A stretch of 64,000 nt of DNA from Botryllus schlosseri. Taxonomy: Eukaryota. A model generated the notes under the pieces. The model saw nothing but the letters and a program-made list of their open reading frames with translations, did no database searches and was not told the DNA's origin. The stretch's first letter is position 1. Each line of letters begins with the position of its first letter. Location: positions 5,458,001 through 5,522,000 of the forward strand of contig CM119372.1 in the NCBI GenBank assembly GCA_051294905.1, read 5' to 3'. The translations under genes and the position numbers were made by a program. This document shows positions 26,401 to 37,436 of this stretch, piece by piece.

Positions 26401-27374
26401 GGCCCCATGAGGTCATCTAGTCTGCGCCCCCGTTTTTTTTTTCTCCTCCATGCTATCCGTGATTGCTGAGCGCCTAGCAGGATAGCTGCGGATACCATTT
26501 TTCGAGTCTTTGGTATGACCCGGCCGGGGATCGAACCCACGACCTACCGCTCGAGAAGCCGGACGCATAACCATTACACTATCTCGCATTAAACTTTTAT
26601 CAATCCCAGATGAAATATTGTCAAAGTGTAATGGGCGGGTTAATATAGTAATTTCACATAGTAAGCTAAACTCGCTAGCATCTCTTCAATACACGAACCA
26701 CATAAATAAGCGTTCCCCATGACAACCAATCTATACTATTTATTAACGTTATGGTTTGGAGGGAATTGAGAAATTGTAGTTACACCACTTACTTACATTG
26801 GTATCCCACTAGTGCTAACCGGAGTCAGTGATGCACATCAACTAATTGTAGTGGGGTACACTTCTAAATGCGATCGTGTATCAAAGAAGTATCTAATACT
26901 TTCGAGATTTAGGACTTTGTATTTACTTAATGAACATTAGAATGATAAGACAGACGGTGGAACGTGGAACCAACAAGTGTTCCATAATTTTGACTATAAT
27001 ATTGCAATTGATCAAAATAGAAAGGAAAGGACATAGAAGATTGGCTGCTAGTTAGAACTCACTATAGACTTCGACGGATGAATCATCTTCACTTGTATTC
27101 CCCGACGAGCCCCCTTGGTTCCCAGAATCTGCAGCCGTGAAGGTGTACGTTCCGGCATCGTCAATAAATAAAGACGTCACAGTGTACGAATATATTCTGG
27201 ACACGGAGTCCGGGTTAGTGTCCGCCGTGGAAGCATCCCCCACTCCAAAGTTCGGCGTTTGAACCTGGACTGTGACACCATCCCAACCGGAATCGGACGT
27301 TACATTTACGTAGATCTCTAACTCTGAATCACCGTCACTCCCCCAAAATGCTTCAACGGGCGATGTTACAACAA
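2333..27374 (-). CDS. Multi-exon type I membrane protein (gene A): 8 Ig-like domains lacking the canonical disulfide, 2 copies of an unrecognised ~230-aa domain, TM, short tail; 5'-partial
   Basis: Exons in transcript order: 27374-27063, 25217-24912, 24856-24702, 24638-24577, 24512-24413, 23433-23275, 23209-23079, 21957-21878, 20266-19988, 19611-19321, 17905-17606, 17237-17083, 16620-16550, 16485-16386, 16325-16170, 16107-15977, 11951-11872, 11811-11515, 10560-10255, 8658-8335, 8273-8192, 2474-2333. All have AG/GT boundaries with compatible phases. The total of 4019 nt (2 nt + 1339 codons including TAG) stays in frame. Confidence 0.88.
3153..3196. mobile_element. 44-bp TIR-only mini-element
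   Basis: CAGGGATATCTAGAA...TTCTAGATATCCCTG flanked by the perfect 8-bp TSD TCTCACAC. Confidence 0.85.
3439..4415 (+). mobile_element. hAT MITE with GACTCGAGTC/CAAGT subterminal arrays, copy 1
   Basis: TIR CAGTGTTGGGAT, perfect TSD CTTCCTAC. Confidence 0.93.
6565..6833 (+). mobile_element. ~300-bp hAT MITE family (also 34929-35240, 39582-39897 and a partial copy from 18540)
   Basis: TIR CAGTG(G/A)TTCTC, shared core aaatgcaaccagaatgctagcaat. TSDs are decayed. Confidence 0.82.
7354..8162. mobile_element. hAT MITE with a nested ~137-bp element (7917-8053)
   Basis: TIR CAGTGCTCTTC, TSD ATCTAAAC/ATCTAGAC. The inner element has CAATGTTC...GAACATTG ends. Confidence 0.8.
8192..8273 (-). CDS. Gene A transmembrane exon LSSGEIVGIVFGSIAGACLFAGIGWAL
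   Basis: Acceptor tttag, donor gtaagt. Hydrophobic ~22-aa helix preceded by the common LSxGxIxGI entry motif. Not in the ORF track. Confidence 0.88.
8335..8658 (-). CDS. Gene A Ig-like domain 8
   Basis: Phase1-phase1 exon with a pyrimidine-rich acceptor and DAGEYQF motif. The donor (gtgatg, 61-nt intron) is the least certain boundary. Confidence 0.82.
8728..8934. repeat. Imperfect ~200-bp foldback (MITE-like); ends approximate
   Basis: tatattcatattgaaat...agaattagaa pairs with ttctaattct...atttcaatatgaatata. Confidence 0.78.
10255..10560 (-). CDS. Gene A Ig-like domain 7
   Basis: Phase1-phase1 exon, tttacag acceptor, gttggt donor, DQGQYVF motif. Confidence 0.85.
11515..11811 (-). CDS. Gene A Ig-like domain 6
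   Basis: Phase1-phase1 exon, gtaagt donor, W...V.TPSG and HGDYEA motifs. Confidence 0.85.
11872..17237 (-). CDS. Gene A domain X copy 2 (six exons, 231 codons)
   Basis: Exons of 155, 71, 100, 156, 131 and 80 nt. Motifs VDDYLYRI, DGGNDMYNGGN, PYGKPY, YPFVSMMWITN, PTICEVYF, NIMMGYTLL match copy 1. Confidence 0.87.
12491..12597. repeat. Tandem ~15-bp repeats (ACAGCGACGGCCAAA-like, ~7 units)
   Basis: Directly visible periodic gcgacggcc units inside the transposon 3' region. Confidence 0.85.
12770..12913. repeat. 144-bp hairpin immediately 3' of the transposase stop
   Basis: 12770-12803 is the exact reverse complement of 12880-12913 (34 bp). Imperfect pairing continues inward. Confidence 0.92.
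12920..14731 (-). CDS. Intact hAT transposase, Buster/SPIN (GTF2IRD2-like) group, ~603 aa
   Basis: N-terminal CxxC...HxxxH zinc finger, YSLALDST, ATDG, CIIH, RWLS and STYVCEALFS motifs. Uninterrupted ORF. The first ATG is at 14731; the track's longer call starts at a non-ATG codon. Confidence 0.95.
   Translation of the reverse strand: MIMSGSDQPAKKSRTLVQENRAFQSEWEEAYFQIEENGKAKCLLCPIIINGVKSFNVKRHYKTHAGKYDVYQGESRKRKLECLKAERSKQGKMFLKKKEPEEVTITSYKISHLLASNMKPYSDGEITKQAIVLFTEDNCSPAIQQKAKKLQLSNDTVTRRVDCISQDLHEQLIHKSQDFSYYSLALDSTNDITDIEQLAVFIRGVMPDFKICEEFLTLRSIHGTTKGTDMFREFHATLQEAHLDPSKLYSLATDGCPAMLGKNLGLQGLVNKWRAEQNLDAVTWQHCIIHQESLVAKSLKMSNVTDIVISTVNWIRANALNHRKFKAFLTDIDADHGDLIMFTAVRWLSRAACLKRFYALLPEIKIFVEGKKDIPQLGNEHWVADLAFMVDITSHLSSLNRNLQGNNKLCHAWYGTVSGFIEKLCLWRKHLEEGVTTHFVTLSNHRQNGSFKTYDQVISTLIDGFKRRIEGMHHSVPLMNIFSNPMAVDAATAPDIFQMELLDLQSDIELRLLFQSNGLLEFWGAVPEEKYPNLIANASKNACMFGSTYVCEALFSKLVRIKSKYRNRLTDRHLKQLLCTASSTMKPRYDKLVKNQIQFQVSH
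15646..15937. mobile_element. hAT MITE
   Basis: TIRs CAGGGGTGGGCA and CAGGAGCGGGCA (rc), gagccgc subterminal motifs, TSD TATTACAG/TAACACAG. Confidence 0.72.
17606..17905 (-). CDS. Gene A Ig-like domain 5
   Basis: Phase1-phase1 exon, cgcag acceptor, gtgagt donor, DW.NV..EV.APDG and EGLYWI motifs. Confidence 0.83.
19321..19611 (-). CDS. Gene A Ig-like domain 4
   Basis: Phase1-phase1 exon, ttccag acceptor, gtaagt donor, DAGVYTF motif. Confidence 0.86.
19988..20266 (-). CDS. Gene A Ig-like domain 3
   Basis: Phase1-phase1 exon, DNGVYTF motif. Confidence 0.85.
21214..21824. mobile_element. 611-bp foldback element (near-complete palindrome); one arm also at ~5510-5709
   Basis: CAGGGCTGTTCAAAAATAACTTTTT...AAAAAGTTATTTTTGAACAGCCCTG, with arms pairing for ~300 bp. 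CAT on both flanks. Confidence 0.92.
21878..24856 (-). CDS. Gene A domain X copy 1 (six exons, 229 codons)
   Basis: Exons of 155, 62, 100, 159, 131 and 80 nt with the same intron phases as copy 2. Motifs VDEYLYRI, DGGNDMYDRGN, PYGKPY, YPFTSLMWITN, PSICEVYF, NVMMGYTLL. Confidence 0.87.
22130..22624. mobile_element. Older GACTCGAGTC-type MITE family (related decayed copies at ~19810-19920, ~27400-27849, ~43645-43773)
   Basis: Degenerate gactcgagtc arrays ending in (t)acaaccctg. The left boundary is approximate. Confidence 0.7.
24912..25217 (-). CDS. Gene A Ig-like domain 2
   Basis: Phase1-phase1 exon, gtaagt donor, SWDDITV...SPSG and PGEYKF motifs. Confidence 0.85.
26330..26587 (-). mobile_element. 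tRNA-derived SINE
   Basis: On the minus strand, A box (tagtgtaatgg) and B box (ggttcgatccc) are followed by a non-tRNA body (gggtcataccaaagac...gcgctcagca) and a (TC)n tail. Ends approximate. Confidence 0.8.
27063..27374 (-). CDS. Gene A Ig-like domain 1 (most 5' exon identified)
   Basis: Phase1-phase1 exon, tttacag acceptor, gtgagt donor, GWDGVTV.V.TP and DAGTYTF motifs. Confidence 0.86.
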
Positions 27375-28287
27375 CTGTAAAACGAGTCACTTGATGTACA
27401 CATGGTTATAATGACTTGAGTCACAGTTTTTTGATGACTCGAGTCATTTTCTTAAAATACGGAAAATCAATCAGCTTGAGTCAATTTTTGTACTTGAGTC
27501 ATTTCGCATGACTCGAGACTCCGATGGCCAAGACAGGCATTTTATTTTAACTTTGAAGAATAGACAAGTTACTGCATTATTCTTATTTTGTCTACGGTAT
27601 CATCACTGGTACTTGAAAAATATGGGCCAGAAACTTGGAAGATTGAAGACATTAGATTGCGAATGCGAGGCAGTTGTAAAATCTAGGTTCAACACGACCG
27701 AACAGTGGACTCAATGACTAGGACTCGAGCCTCTGCTCTCCGACTTGGACTTGACGGTGAATTGAAAATGACTGGACTTGACTCGAGTCAAAATCATAAA
27801 AGTGAGAGTGACTTGCGACTTGGAGCTTTATGAATTATTCACAGCCCTGCGTATGTATCACGAGTGCATGCTCAAGAGGTGGTCAACGTCAGAGTAGTCA
27901 TTGTCGGTACTCAAGTAGAAAGAAATTATATTTTACTCAATTACAATTAGAAGCAAATGTTCAAACTACGCAAGAAGTGGAAGTAGAACACAAAAGTCTG
28001 AAAAGTACTCAAGTGAGCGGTAGAATCGGATGAGGGTCGCATCTTTTTAGCGGTTGATTGGAGGTGGCTATACTTACGAAATTGCGGCATTCATCTAACT
28101 TACGTACAACGACTAATGACACCGACACGACAGAGATACAGTTTCTGAGATTATAATCGGTTATCGTGATACAGCTCTTTTACCCAGTTTCATGAAAATT
28201 TCAATCGTGAAAGTAATGCAAACATACCATACAACTACTGTATGCTTTACAAAGCCAAATTATTAAAAGTAAGCAGTTTCACCCAGA

Positions 28288-28565
28288 TAGGGTAACCATA
28301 CGTCCTCCTTATTCAAGAAATGTCCTACCTTCGCCAAAATGTTCTACTTTTTGGCAATTTGTCCAATTTTGTAGATTAAAATACCAAAAATGAGTGTTGA
28401 ATTTACCTGAGACTGGTATTTCGGGAGTCGAGTTGGAAAAATGCCCCCTTTTTTGGTCAATCCTATGACATTAGCTGTATAAATTAAAATTCTCTTCCGC
28501 TAAAGTAACTTTAGCGGCTTGTGAAAAGTGTCCTTCTCTAAGAATCTTAAAATATGGTAACCCTA
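28288..28565. mobile_element. MITE with TAGGGTAACCATA termini (related pieces at 1-45, ~9690-10031, ~49560-49900)
   Basis: TIRs TAGGGTAACCATA and TAGGGTTACCATA (rc), tgtcctc repeats. Confidence 0.75.
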
Positions 28566-30488
28566 CACGCGACAGACTTTGGTGGGAGCGGAATTTGTCA
28601 AAAAACAAAACCTATTCGAGTACCCCGAAAAAGCAGAAGTAGTTCTTTACTGACCCCCTGCCGCTGCCTGTACACTGTACAGTGCATGCTGCACATCTGT
28701 ATTCTATGAGATGATTGAAGTTTTGATTTTGGTTCAGAATTAGCCTGCAATGTGAATTGGTTATGTTTAGTGTATAATAGCTAGAGGATTGTCATACACT
28801 CGGTGGGTTGCTGAGATTGAGTGCACACGCAATAAGGGCATTGGTGTCCGTCCGTGCCCATATAACTCTAAATAGGCTAATCGAAGTACAGAACTTCAAT
28901 ATTGCAGCAAACAATAAGTTCATATTGTCAAATTTATTCCACTGGAAGCTTTTTGACTGGCTCTCTTCAGCAGTGAACGCCAGTAAATGAGGTTAACCAA
29001 GTTTGAAATATAGAAAGTATTTTGTCGTTGTGACGTAATAATGACAAGTACACAGAGTCGCTAACGGCAGTAAACAACGCACTTACTACTTGTCCGTATG
29101 CACTCAATCCAACCAGCCCTGGACTATGGAAAGAACTGTAAGGCTTCAAACGCCAAATTATCATAAATATATGCAATATAACTTCACATCACTCGCTATA
29201 GATTGCACAATGCACATGTTAAAAGATTGACTTATCCGAGGACCGCGGCGTACCAAACCTGGAGCTAAAGTCTAATATCATTGATCAAAAGATGTTAGAT
29301 TCAATTAGTATCGGAATGCGACAGAGCCATGACAGAGGTGACGTGATAATCACTATGGTATGGAGGAGAGGAGAATCTATTCTTGCCAATCATGCAATTC
29401 AATAACATACGCAGCAAAAATGCAATTTGTTAATTGAATCGTGATGTGAGATGTGATAGGCATGCATGATAATGCATGGATGGTATAGACGAGACACGAG
29501 AGGCTCGACATAACAGCTATCAAAGCCGAGGTTAGGTAAGGAGCATCTTACCCAGAAGTCGTTTCCTTCAAAACCTTGAATCAAATTATAAAAAAATGAA
29601 ACGTGCCACACGATAATTCCAGTGCAAACAACAGAATTTGAGATTCCTAACGTGCCGGCTTGCGGCATTGCCGCAATTTGGCAGTAGCCGACATATGCTT
29701 CAGCTTCTGCAATCTGCCTGCAGCTACTGTCGTTCAAGCGTGAAAATAACACTACCATAGATGAAGAAATGAACAAATACAAATTCGTCTTGGTGAGTTA
29801 GATTAATCGATCATATCAAAATTTTACACTGTAAGTACTAACGTTTAGATCGTTTAGATACATGTACTGTATAATAAGTCCGAAAATACCACAACAGATA
29901 TTGGTGTTGTTGATTTCTTCGTTCTGAAGCAACCCGAAATCGTGACTAAGGCTGCGCAGTCTGCTCTGTGCGGTGTGCAGTGTGCAAGCACGTACAGCGA
30001 TTCGAGTACGCGAATCCGAATTGAGTACTAATTGTAATGATTCGAGTCGAGTAGTGAGAGACGATTTCCTTAATACTGAAAGTATACGCCTCTTTACGCT
30101 AAGAGAAAGACACAGCGAAGGAAAGTGTCTGAAAAGCTGGACGGACGCCACTAGATAGAAATGATTGAGAGACCTCACGTAGTCCTTTCAACATTTTCCT
30201 ATCTGTTTATTTCATTGGACTGTATCTTGCACATCGTGAGTGTTGAGCGGATAAATATAAGAAAAGTGATGTTAGCAAACAATATAATTGGTGAATTATA
30301 ACGATTTTCCAATTAAAGAAAGGGTTCTATTATCTGCTCACCACGGATAATGTACAATGTGATTCCCGAAACGCAATGCGAATGCGAATAAAATTCGTAT
30401 GAATATCGTCATTGGCCGATTAAATACAGTTATCAACCACTAAAACAGTGATCCAAAAGTCCCACCGGTCGCGACGATGTAAATTTGC

Positions 30489-31450
30489 CAGTGTTGGGAT
30501 GACTCGAGTCATGACTTGACTCGAGTCAGACTCGAGTCACCTTTTTTGTATGACTTGACTTGACTCGAGTCACTTTGCTAAAATGACTTGATTTGACTTG
30601 ACTCGGCGTATCAGAAATGTGGATTGACTCGTGACTCGGAGCAAAATTCACGAGTCAATTTCAAGTCATCAAGTAATCGGTGACGATAAAAATCACTGTA
30701 TCTAGCATGTTCGGATTGTTCGTCAAACGCTGGCGTAACTCGTGACAGCGACGAATCATTCAATGATCGTGCGTTTTACTGAGCCTACAATATTCTCTCA
30801 CAAATATGTTGACCACAAACGAAGCGATCAAAGCTTACAGCTTACGTTGTCGTAAACTAGTAGTGAAGTAGTTTAATACCAAAATATCTCTTTCTGTTCT
30901 CTGTTCTTACCTTATCCGAATCTTTTGTTCTATTTTGAAATTGAAATCGAATATAGTTTATATACTCCTCAACCATTGGCGCAGACACGAATTGTATCAT
31001 ATCAATATGTATAAATGGGTAATGTATTGCATCTTATCAATTCGTTTCTTTATTCTTTATTTTAGCTGGTAACTATAAACTGAGGCTATGCAATTGCTTA
31101 ACGTAGTTTAACAGTTCTGTGTATGCGATACAGCCCCTTATTGCATATATATTTAACTCTATATTCGTTCGTCGGTTCAGAATCAATAACCAATTAATAT
31201 GTAATTCAGAGAGCTGGCGAAATGTAATGACGTAACCATATGCTTCATACTTCGAAAAGGCAACTTGACTTGAATTTTGACTTGACTCGTGACTTGACTT
31301 GACTTGACTCGACTTGACTCGAGTCACCTCCAAAAATCGAGTGACTTGACTTGACTCGAGTCACCTTCGAAAATCGATTGACTTGACTTGACTCGAGTCA
31401 AAATGTGCAATGACTCGTGACTCGAAGGTAGTGACTTGATCCCAACACTG
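30489..31450 (-). mobile_element. Same MITE family, copy 2 (inverted)
   Basis: TIR CAGTGTTGGGAT, perfect TSD AAATTTGC, colinear with the reverse complement of 3439-4415. Confidence 0.93.
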
Positions 31451-33901
31451 AAATTTGCATGTCTGTATGATCGCTTGGTTTTATTCGGTGTTGCCCTGCG
31501 CATTGACGAATGAATGGATGTTTCGAATTTCTGTCATTATTATTGTTATATCACTCTTCGGTTTTCCAAATATGTACGATTTCGCGTCGCGGCAACAAAT
31601 GATGGAAATGGGGTATAGCAAAGAGAGTAATTGTGTTTTCCGAGATGAACTGTTATTAGAGCTGGGCAAAATCGAGTATCCGAGTTATTTGATTCGATAA
31701 TCGAACGCTTAGAGTAGAATCGAGTCGCGATGATTATGACTGCATATACCATAAGTGAAAAGTTCAAATAGTATATGTAACCTACCTTTTATGCAACCAC
31801 AAAGAATATATAATGCCAGATCTGCATGACTTGAGATTTTTTTTAAGTGAGTACCAGATCATATACCGGACCATGCACAAAAAACTTTGTTCAGACTCGT
31901 ACGATCCCGAATTCCCACTTTTCACAGAGGACAATATTTTCCTGTGCGAGCCACATTTCTACCGCTGGGGTCAGATTTCAAGGACAGGACTATTCAACGC
32001 CAGTCATTTTGGCACTTGGTCCTGGACCTATGAATATATCCAAGGCTTTGGTCAGCATCTGTCGGTTCTAGAAGGTCATGTTCTCTTTCGCCTCCCTGGT
32101 TATAGATGGGTGTAAAGTTGGTGAATGCACTCGAAGAAACTTTTTAGATGATATAGTCAGGATCACAGGGATAAATAATATCATATTATAAGGATCAATG
32201 GGTGTCGAATCTGTGCAATTTCCGCTTATTTTTTTGCAATAGTGCCGCCAACCGTATGGCGTTCATTTTCGACTATAGAATGTCGCCTATGTCGTTTTTC
32301 TGTATACACATTACAGTAGGTTTATGCTATGCTAGGTTCAACGTCCAACTTGGGTTGACGTATTGTTTGTTCATGTGATTATGTACAGTCGCCGCATTGT
32401 GCGTGAATTGTAATGGAATTCATAAAACAAACGGACCATACAGTTTATTCTTTCCACACTGATAACGATTGAAACATATTAGTCTATATTTCTGATGATG
32501 CATCAAGAGTGCTTCTCCAAATATTAGGATATTATTCGGTACAAGTGGGTCACTGCTTTTACATCACATCGAGTCATCTCGGTATTATGATAAATTATAT
32601 TATTTTGCTCGATACCGATTCTGCGGTACGAACGCAAACAAATGGTCTGGTATCAGATAATATATATAGTGTTCGCTATATGCGGTAGAATTAACTGCCG
32701 TATGAATTTTTAATACAGTTACAGTTAATTAATACATTTAATTAATACAGTTACCGATGCCTTCGGTCCCGATGGCGGCTTATTTATTTTAATCGTGTCC
32801 GCATGCTGTGTTATATCATAGTAATTGCGACCCACGGTGCTACCCCGTAGACTGTCCCGAAATTCCTGCCAATGAATTGAGCCTAAAAGTCCATCTTAAG
32901 AACCTGTCAATAACAACGACTACTTTCGCCGGCTGTTTCATATAATAGTAGGTTGAAAATGCCCCGGGCACACGCAACCCCCGTATCAATCTTCTCAAAT
33001 GATTTTCTATTAGAATTTTTGTTTTTAGCGATTATATATAATCTGCATTAATTTTATCTTACTCGATTGAGGTCTCGGTTATATCGGCATTTCAGCTTTT
33101 ATATGTCATTACATTGCAACCGTTGGGCAAATAATCAAACACGATACCTTGAGCGTTGCTTTTCCCTGAGTATATTGAGAGTATTCCCACCGCAAGAATT
33201 ACTATGAAACGCATGGTCTTAAAACTTAACCTATGCTGACAAAACGTAAACGTAAAAGATTATAGCGATGCCATTAGAACTCTGTGATCACCAGAGCCAC
33301 TGCTAAATCACTGCTCTATATCCTACTGGACCGACTTTGCTGTGGTCGAATCTACATTCGGATGGAGAATGAAGCTGCTTGCACAACATTGCATAGTGTT
33401 TGCACATATTAAATCAAGAATGTGTAAATATTAACTATGCGCATTAATCGGCCTAGTACATTTTATTGAATGTTTTGTTCAGTAAGTAAGAAAGCAGTAA
33501 GTTGATATCCTGTTGGTTTCACACTATTTTTATATACAGCGGTCGCTTTTCGGCATAGTTGAGGTTACGAGGCAAATGAATATGACGCCACGATGTTGCA
33601 AATCCAATATTTGAACGGGACAAGTGTCCCTTCCGTCTTTTCTTGTTTCTTTACTACAGGCAATCACTACGTCTTAGGATAAAGATATCGTTGTTCAATT
33701 CAATATTATTTGTTATTGTTGTGGACAAGCCTGAATTAATTCGAGGCTCTGGAAACGATTATGCACATCTCCAGTTGGGTAAGATTTTGCGGGATTGTTG
33801 CTGCGATTCCAGCTCTAAATTACCGAGGGCTTACAACGCGTCAGGGAACCTTCCGATTAGAATGAGTCTGGTCCTGGATGTGTCCATGCTATTGTATAGG
33901 G

Positions 33902-36358
33902 CAGGGGTCGGGAACCTTTTTTGACCGAAGAGCCATATTGACCCGATATTTTCAAATCTAACTTCCAAAGAGCCATAAATGTCAATCGACTGTTACGTTA
34001 CAATTGAAAATTAGTGACGTATTGGTAGCACTAATACATGAAATTCGTAGTGTGCGCCATATTTTATCTGCTCACATGCGCAGGTGGAGCCAAACATGGC
34101 CAATACAGCAGTACATACATTGAAGCCTTCAATGATTTATTGGTATTTTCTATTGATGTTCATGAATGACTAGATTTTCAACAATTTTACTCCCAACATC
34201 AAGCAATTGCCAAATTTATTATTCGAAAATAAAGCGGGATAGGAGAGGTAGTGCACAGGTGAGGCACAGATGGACCAAGCCTCACCTGTGATAGCACAAC
34301 TCATCGTAAATAGCTTAGAATTTATAATCAATGATAATAATCGAAATATATTGTCGCACTGATTCCGAATATCTAAATATAGACCGACTTCTCCAGTATT
34401 TGGCTATCAAAACCTTGCGCTATACACCTACATTTTAACGGCGTTACTGAAAAGCTACTAACCAACAAGAACATGGATAGCAATGGCGTTTTTTTAATTT
34501 GAATTTCTAATTGTGAATGTCACTTCCAAGGCAGTTCATTGCTCGGCGTAGATCAGGAAGAAAATGTGTATTTGAAAACTGCATTGTCATACAAGCGTCG
34601 TCATGTATACTATCCTCTATGATCAATCAAGGTATCGTGTAATCCAGGGGTGGGCAACTATTTTCCTCGGCGGGCCAAATGAGAAAAATAAATACGTTGG
34701 CAGGCCGAGTGAAAATTTTTAGCTATATTATCCAGCATATTTTAATTTTATTTCTAAATTACATTGTTAATAAATGCTGCTAAAAAATATTTTGATATTA
34801 GGCAATGAGCAAGTGACGGTTAATTAAAAAAATATTTATTTGCTGTCATGATTCGAAACGAGGTTAAACATTATACATTTTAGCTCTCTTTCAACCCCTA
34901 TCCACGTTCTTCTATTAAGACTTTAAAACAGTGGTTCTCAAACTTTTTAGGCATGTTAGGATAGGATACCGAACAATTTCACGCCTCTTATAATGATATC
35001 ACAAAATATTAAAAAGTGCAACCAGAATGCTAGCAATACCAACTGATAGTTTGATGACATGAAAGAATATGGCTGTTGATGAAAGAATTGTGACATATCA
35101 AAGTCGGACAATACACAGAGCAACAACTATAAGCTGGGGCCCGGGGGTATATCGCGCCGAGCGCGAAAAAAATTCTCAATAAACTTCGGTTTCGCGCCAC
35201 CCTTTAGATGCTTTCACGTCTCCCAGTTCGAGAACTACTGCACTGAAATGCATATGCAATATAGTAGGCTACAAAGCTTATTTTCTTGGTCGCTGCCTTC
35301 CGAGCAGTGTGCAGATTAAGTAGCCTTTATATTGAGCGAATCTTGTAGTTTTTCTGAAGTTCGCCCTCCCTTGACCGAATGTATCGTGGTTTTGTCATAA
35401 TACCGATTTTAATTAAAATCCTTAATCTCGGCGACATGCTCGGCAAAAACTGAAAGGACGGGTTTACCTCTGACTCGAGTATGCGAATATTTCGTGCTCT
35501 AAATTCTAAACCTAACTGCGGAAGTCTGTAAACCTCGATTGGTCGTATCGTACCTTATTTGAATTTCAGTTTTCGGCTTTCTTTTTTTGCATGCTCGTTA
35601 ATAATAATTTATGGGTCATAGATATGATGAGTTAGTAATCGCGAGCACTGACTGACTTGTTTTACGAATTAGGGATTTGGTAGTATATCACGTAACGAAT
35701 GGAAACATACATACCGTATAATGCGTAATGTGACAATGACAACAAGTAAGGTTTGACCTAAACTATATGGAAAGAGTGATTTCTTGTGACTTCAATTGCT
35801 ACTCATACTTTGCCCCATTGCCATTATTTTGAATCTGGATAACGCATGCGAGGTGCGTAGGCAGCGTAAACGTGGCATATTAATGAACAGGCTTCAAAGA
35901 AAACGAATTTCCCGATCATTTGATACAGATATGGTATTAGTCTTTCAAAAAGCAGGTTTTATGTTTTGAATTCCAAGCAATCTTTCGCGGGCCGCACGGA
36001 ATAGCTTCGCGGGCCGCACTTTGCCCAGGTCTGGTGTAATCCAATACGTCGACGCGCGTGATGTCGGATGGATCCATTTCGCGAGTGATGGTAGTCGCCG
36101 GCGCGACAGCAACTTAAAATTTTGAGGATTTTGAAAAGGGGGATACAAGACCCTAACCCGGGGTACCCCACTGTCTTGACCTCTCAAAGACATGCTTAGG
36201 CTGCCACGAGAATAATTATTCTGGACGTAATGAAAATTTACTAACAACTTGCTGCAATATTGATAAATTTGTTATAAAATTAAAAATTTGTTAAAGAGCC
36301 ATATCTTATACCCAAAAGAGCCATATATGGCTCACGGGTTATAGGTTCCCGACCACTG
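33902..36358 (+). mobile_element. Non-autonomous hAT element with two nested insertions
   Basis: TIR CAG(G/T)GGTCGGGAACCT, perfect TSD GTATAGGG. An uninterrupted inverted relative lies at 59144-60278. Confidence 0.9.
34645..36033. mobile_element. Nested non-autonomous hAT element
   Basis: Ends CAGGGGTGGGCAA and CAGACCTGGGCAA (rc), gcgggccgca repeats, perfect TSD GTGTAATC. Contains the MITE at 34929-35240. Confidence 0.87.
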
Positions 36359-37436
36359 GTATAGGGCGAATGGGCTCGTAATAGGCTGCCGCGGAATGAT
36401 ATATTTGGCGCACTTGTTCACTTGCAGCAGCCCCTCTCAGCGGCTACAGCTTTATCGCGTGACGTATTTCGAGAAATACCTGAGTGTCGCGAATTTATCG
36501 TTATTCAGTGACTGCTATTAGCTTTCAACTTCAAAAACGCTGACTGACAATCCTTGTAATATTACCGTCGACCGCAAGGTTTCGCTTAAAAGAGGTATGA
36601 TACCGTACAAATGCTGTTCATTGTTCTGTGTGTCAAGCTCTTCAATTCGTTTCTCTGGCATTTTAGAAATGGGCTTTATTCAATTGGAGCTTATAGGATT
36701 TTTCATTGGCACTAGAGACCCCGATTCGAGTAGCACGGAAACAGGTTTTGAAGCGTCGAAGGTTCATCAGATCCTGCGTCATATTTATAACGACAAGGTC
36801 ATTTTTATCGTTGATGTACTTGAATTTTTATTTTTGGCAGTTTTGGCATCTGGCTCCTGGAATGCCAAAAATAACACGGCCTGTCCATAATGAAACAGCA
36901 GCCTGCTGATGACGATACTGCCACTGTTATAGGTAGAATTAGCATCATCCTTGAGATGCGTTTTCTTTCGCTCCAATAAACTCGAAAATCGTGTCCAATT
37001 CGCGCGTTACAGCTAAGAAATGGATTATAAAATATTGATATCGCTCTGCATAATTCGGTTACAAAATTCGGGTACATAATTCGTTGATTGTTTAGTGAAG
37101 ACATTACCTAGTAGACCAGTGGTTCCCAACCTTTTTCGACTCATCGCCCCCTTTTGAAGCTCCACACCGATCATCGCCCCCCAAGTATTTGGAAAATAAA
37201 AACAGCACTCCGTCAGCCCCCCAAACATTGGTCTTTGGCCCAGACCCCCCTCAGTCAGTGGGCCTTTTGTCGCTACATCCAGGCCGATTTAATATATCGC
37301 AATGCGATATTGCGATATATTACTTAAAATATCGCAGATTAGAGCCCTTAATATATCGCAAATATCGCACCTCATATAAACCCAGCCAAAAGCATTGAAA
37401 GCACTGGTTTTGTAAGGAAAAATATCGTATAATGCA

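Noticed and set aside
26510..26587. tRNA gene
   Set aside because: A and B boxes are present, but there is no convincing acceptor stem, and it runs into a SINE-like body and tail.
28070..29790. First (signal-peptide) exon of gene A
   Set aside because: Several minus-strand gtaag donors exist (~28077, ~28103, ~29086, ~29551). None gave an ATG-initiated hydrophobic leader in phase 1 that I could support.
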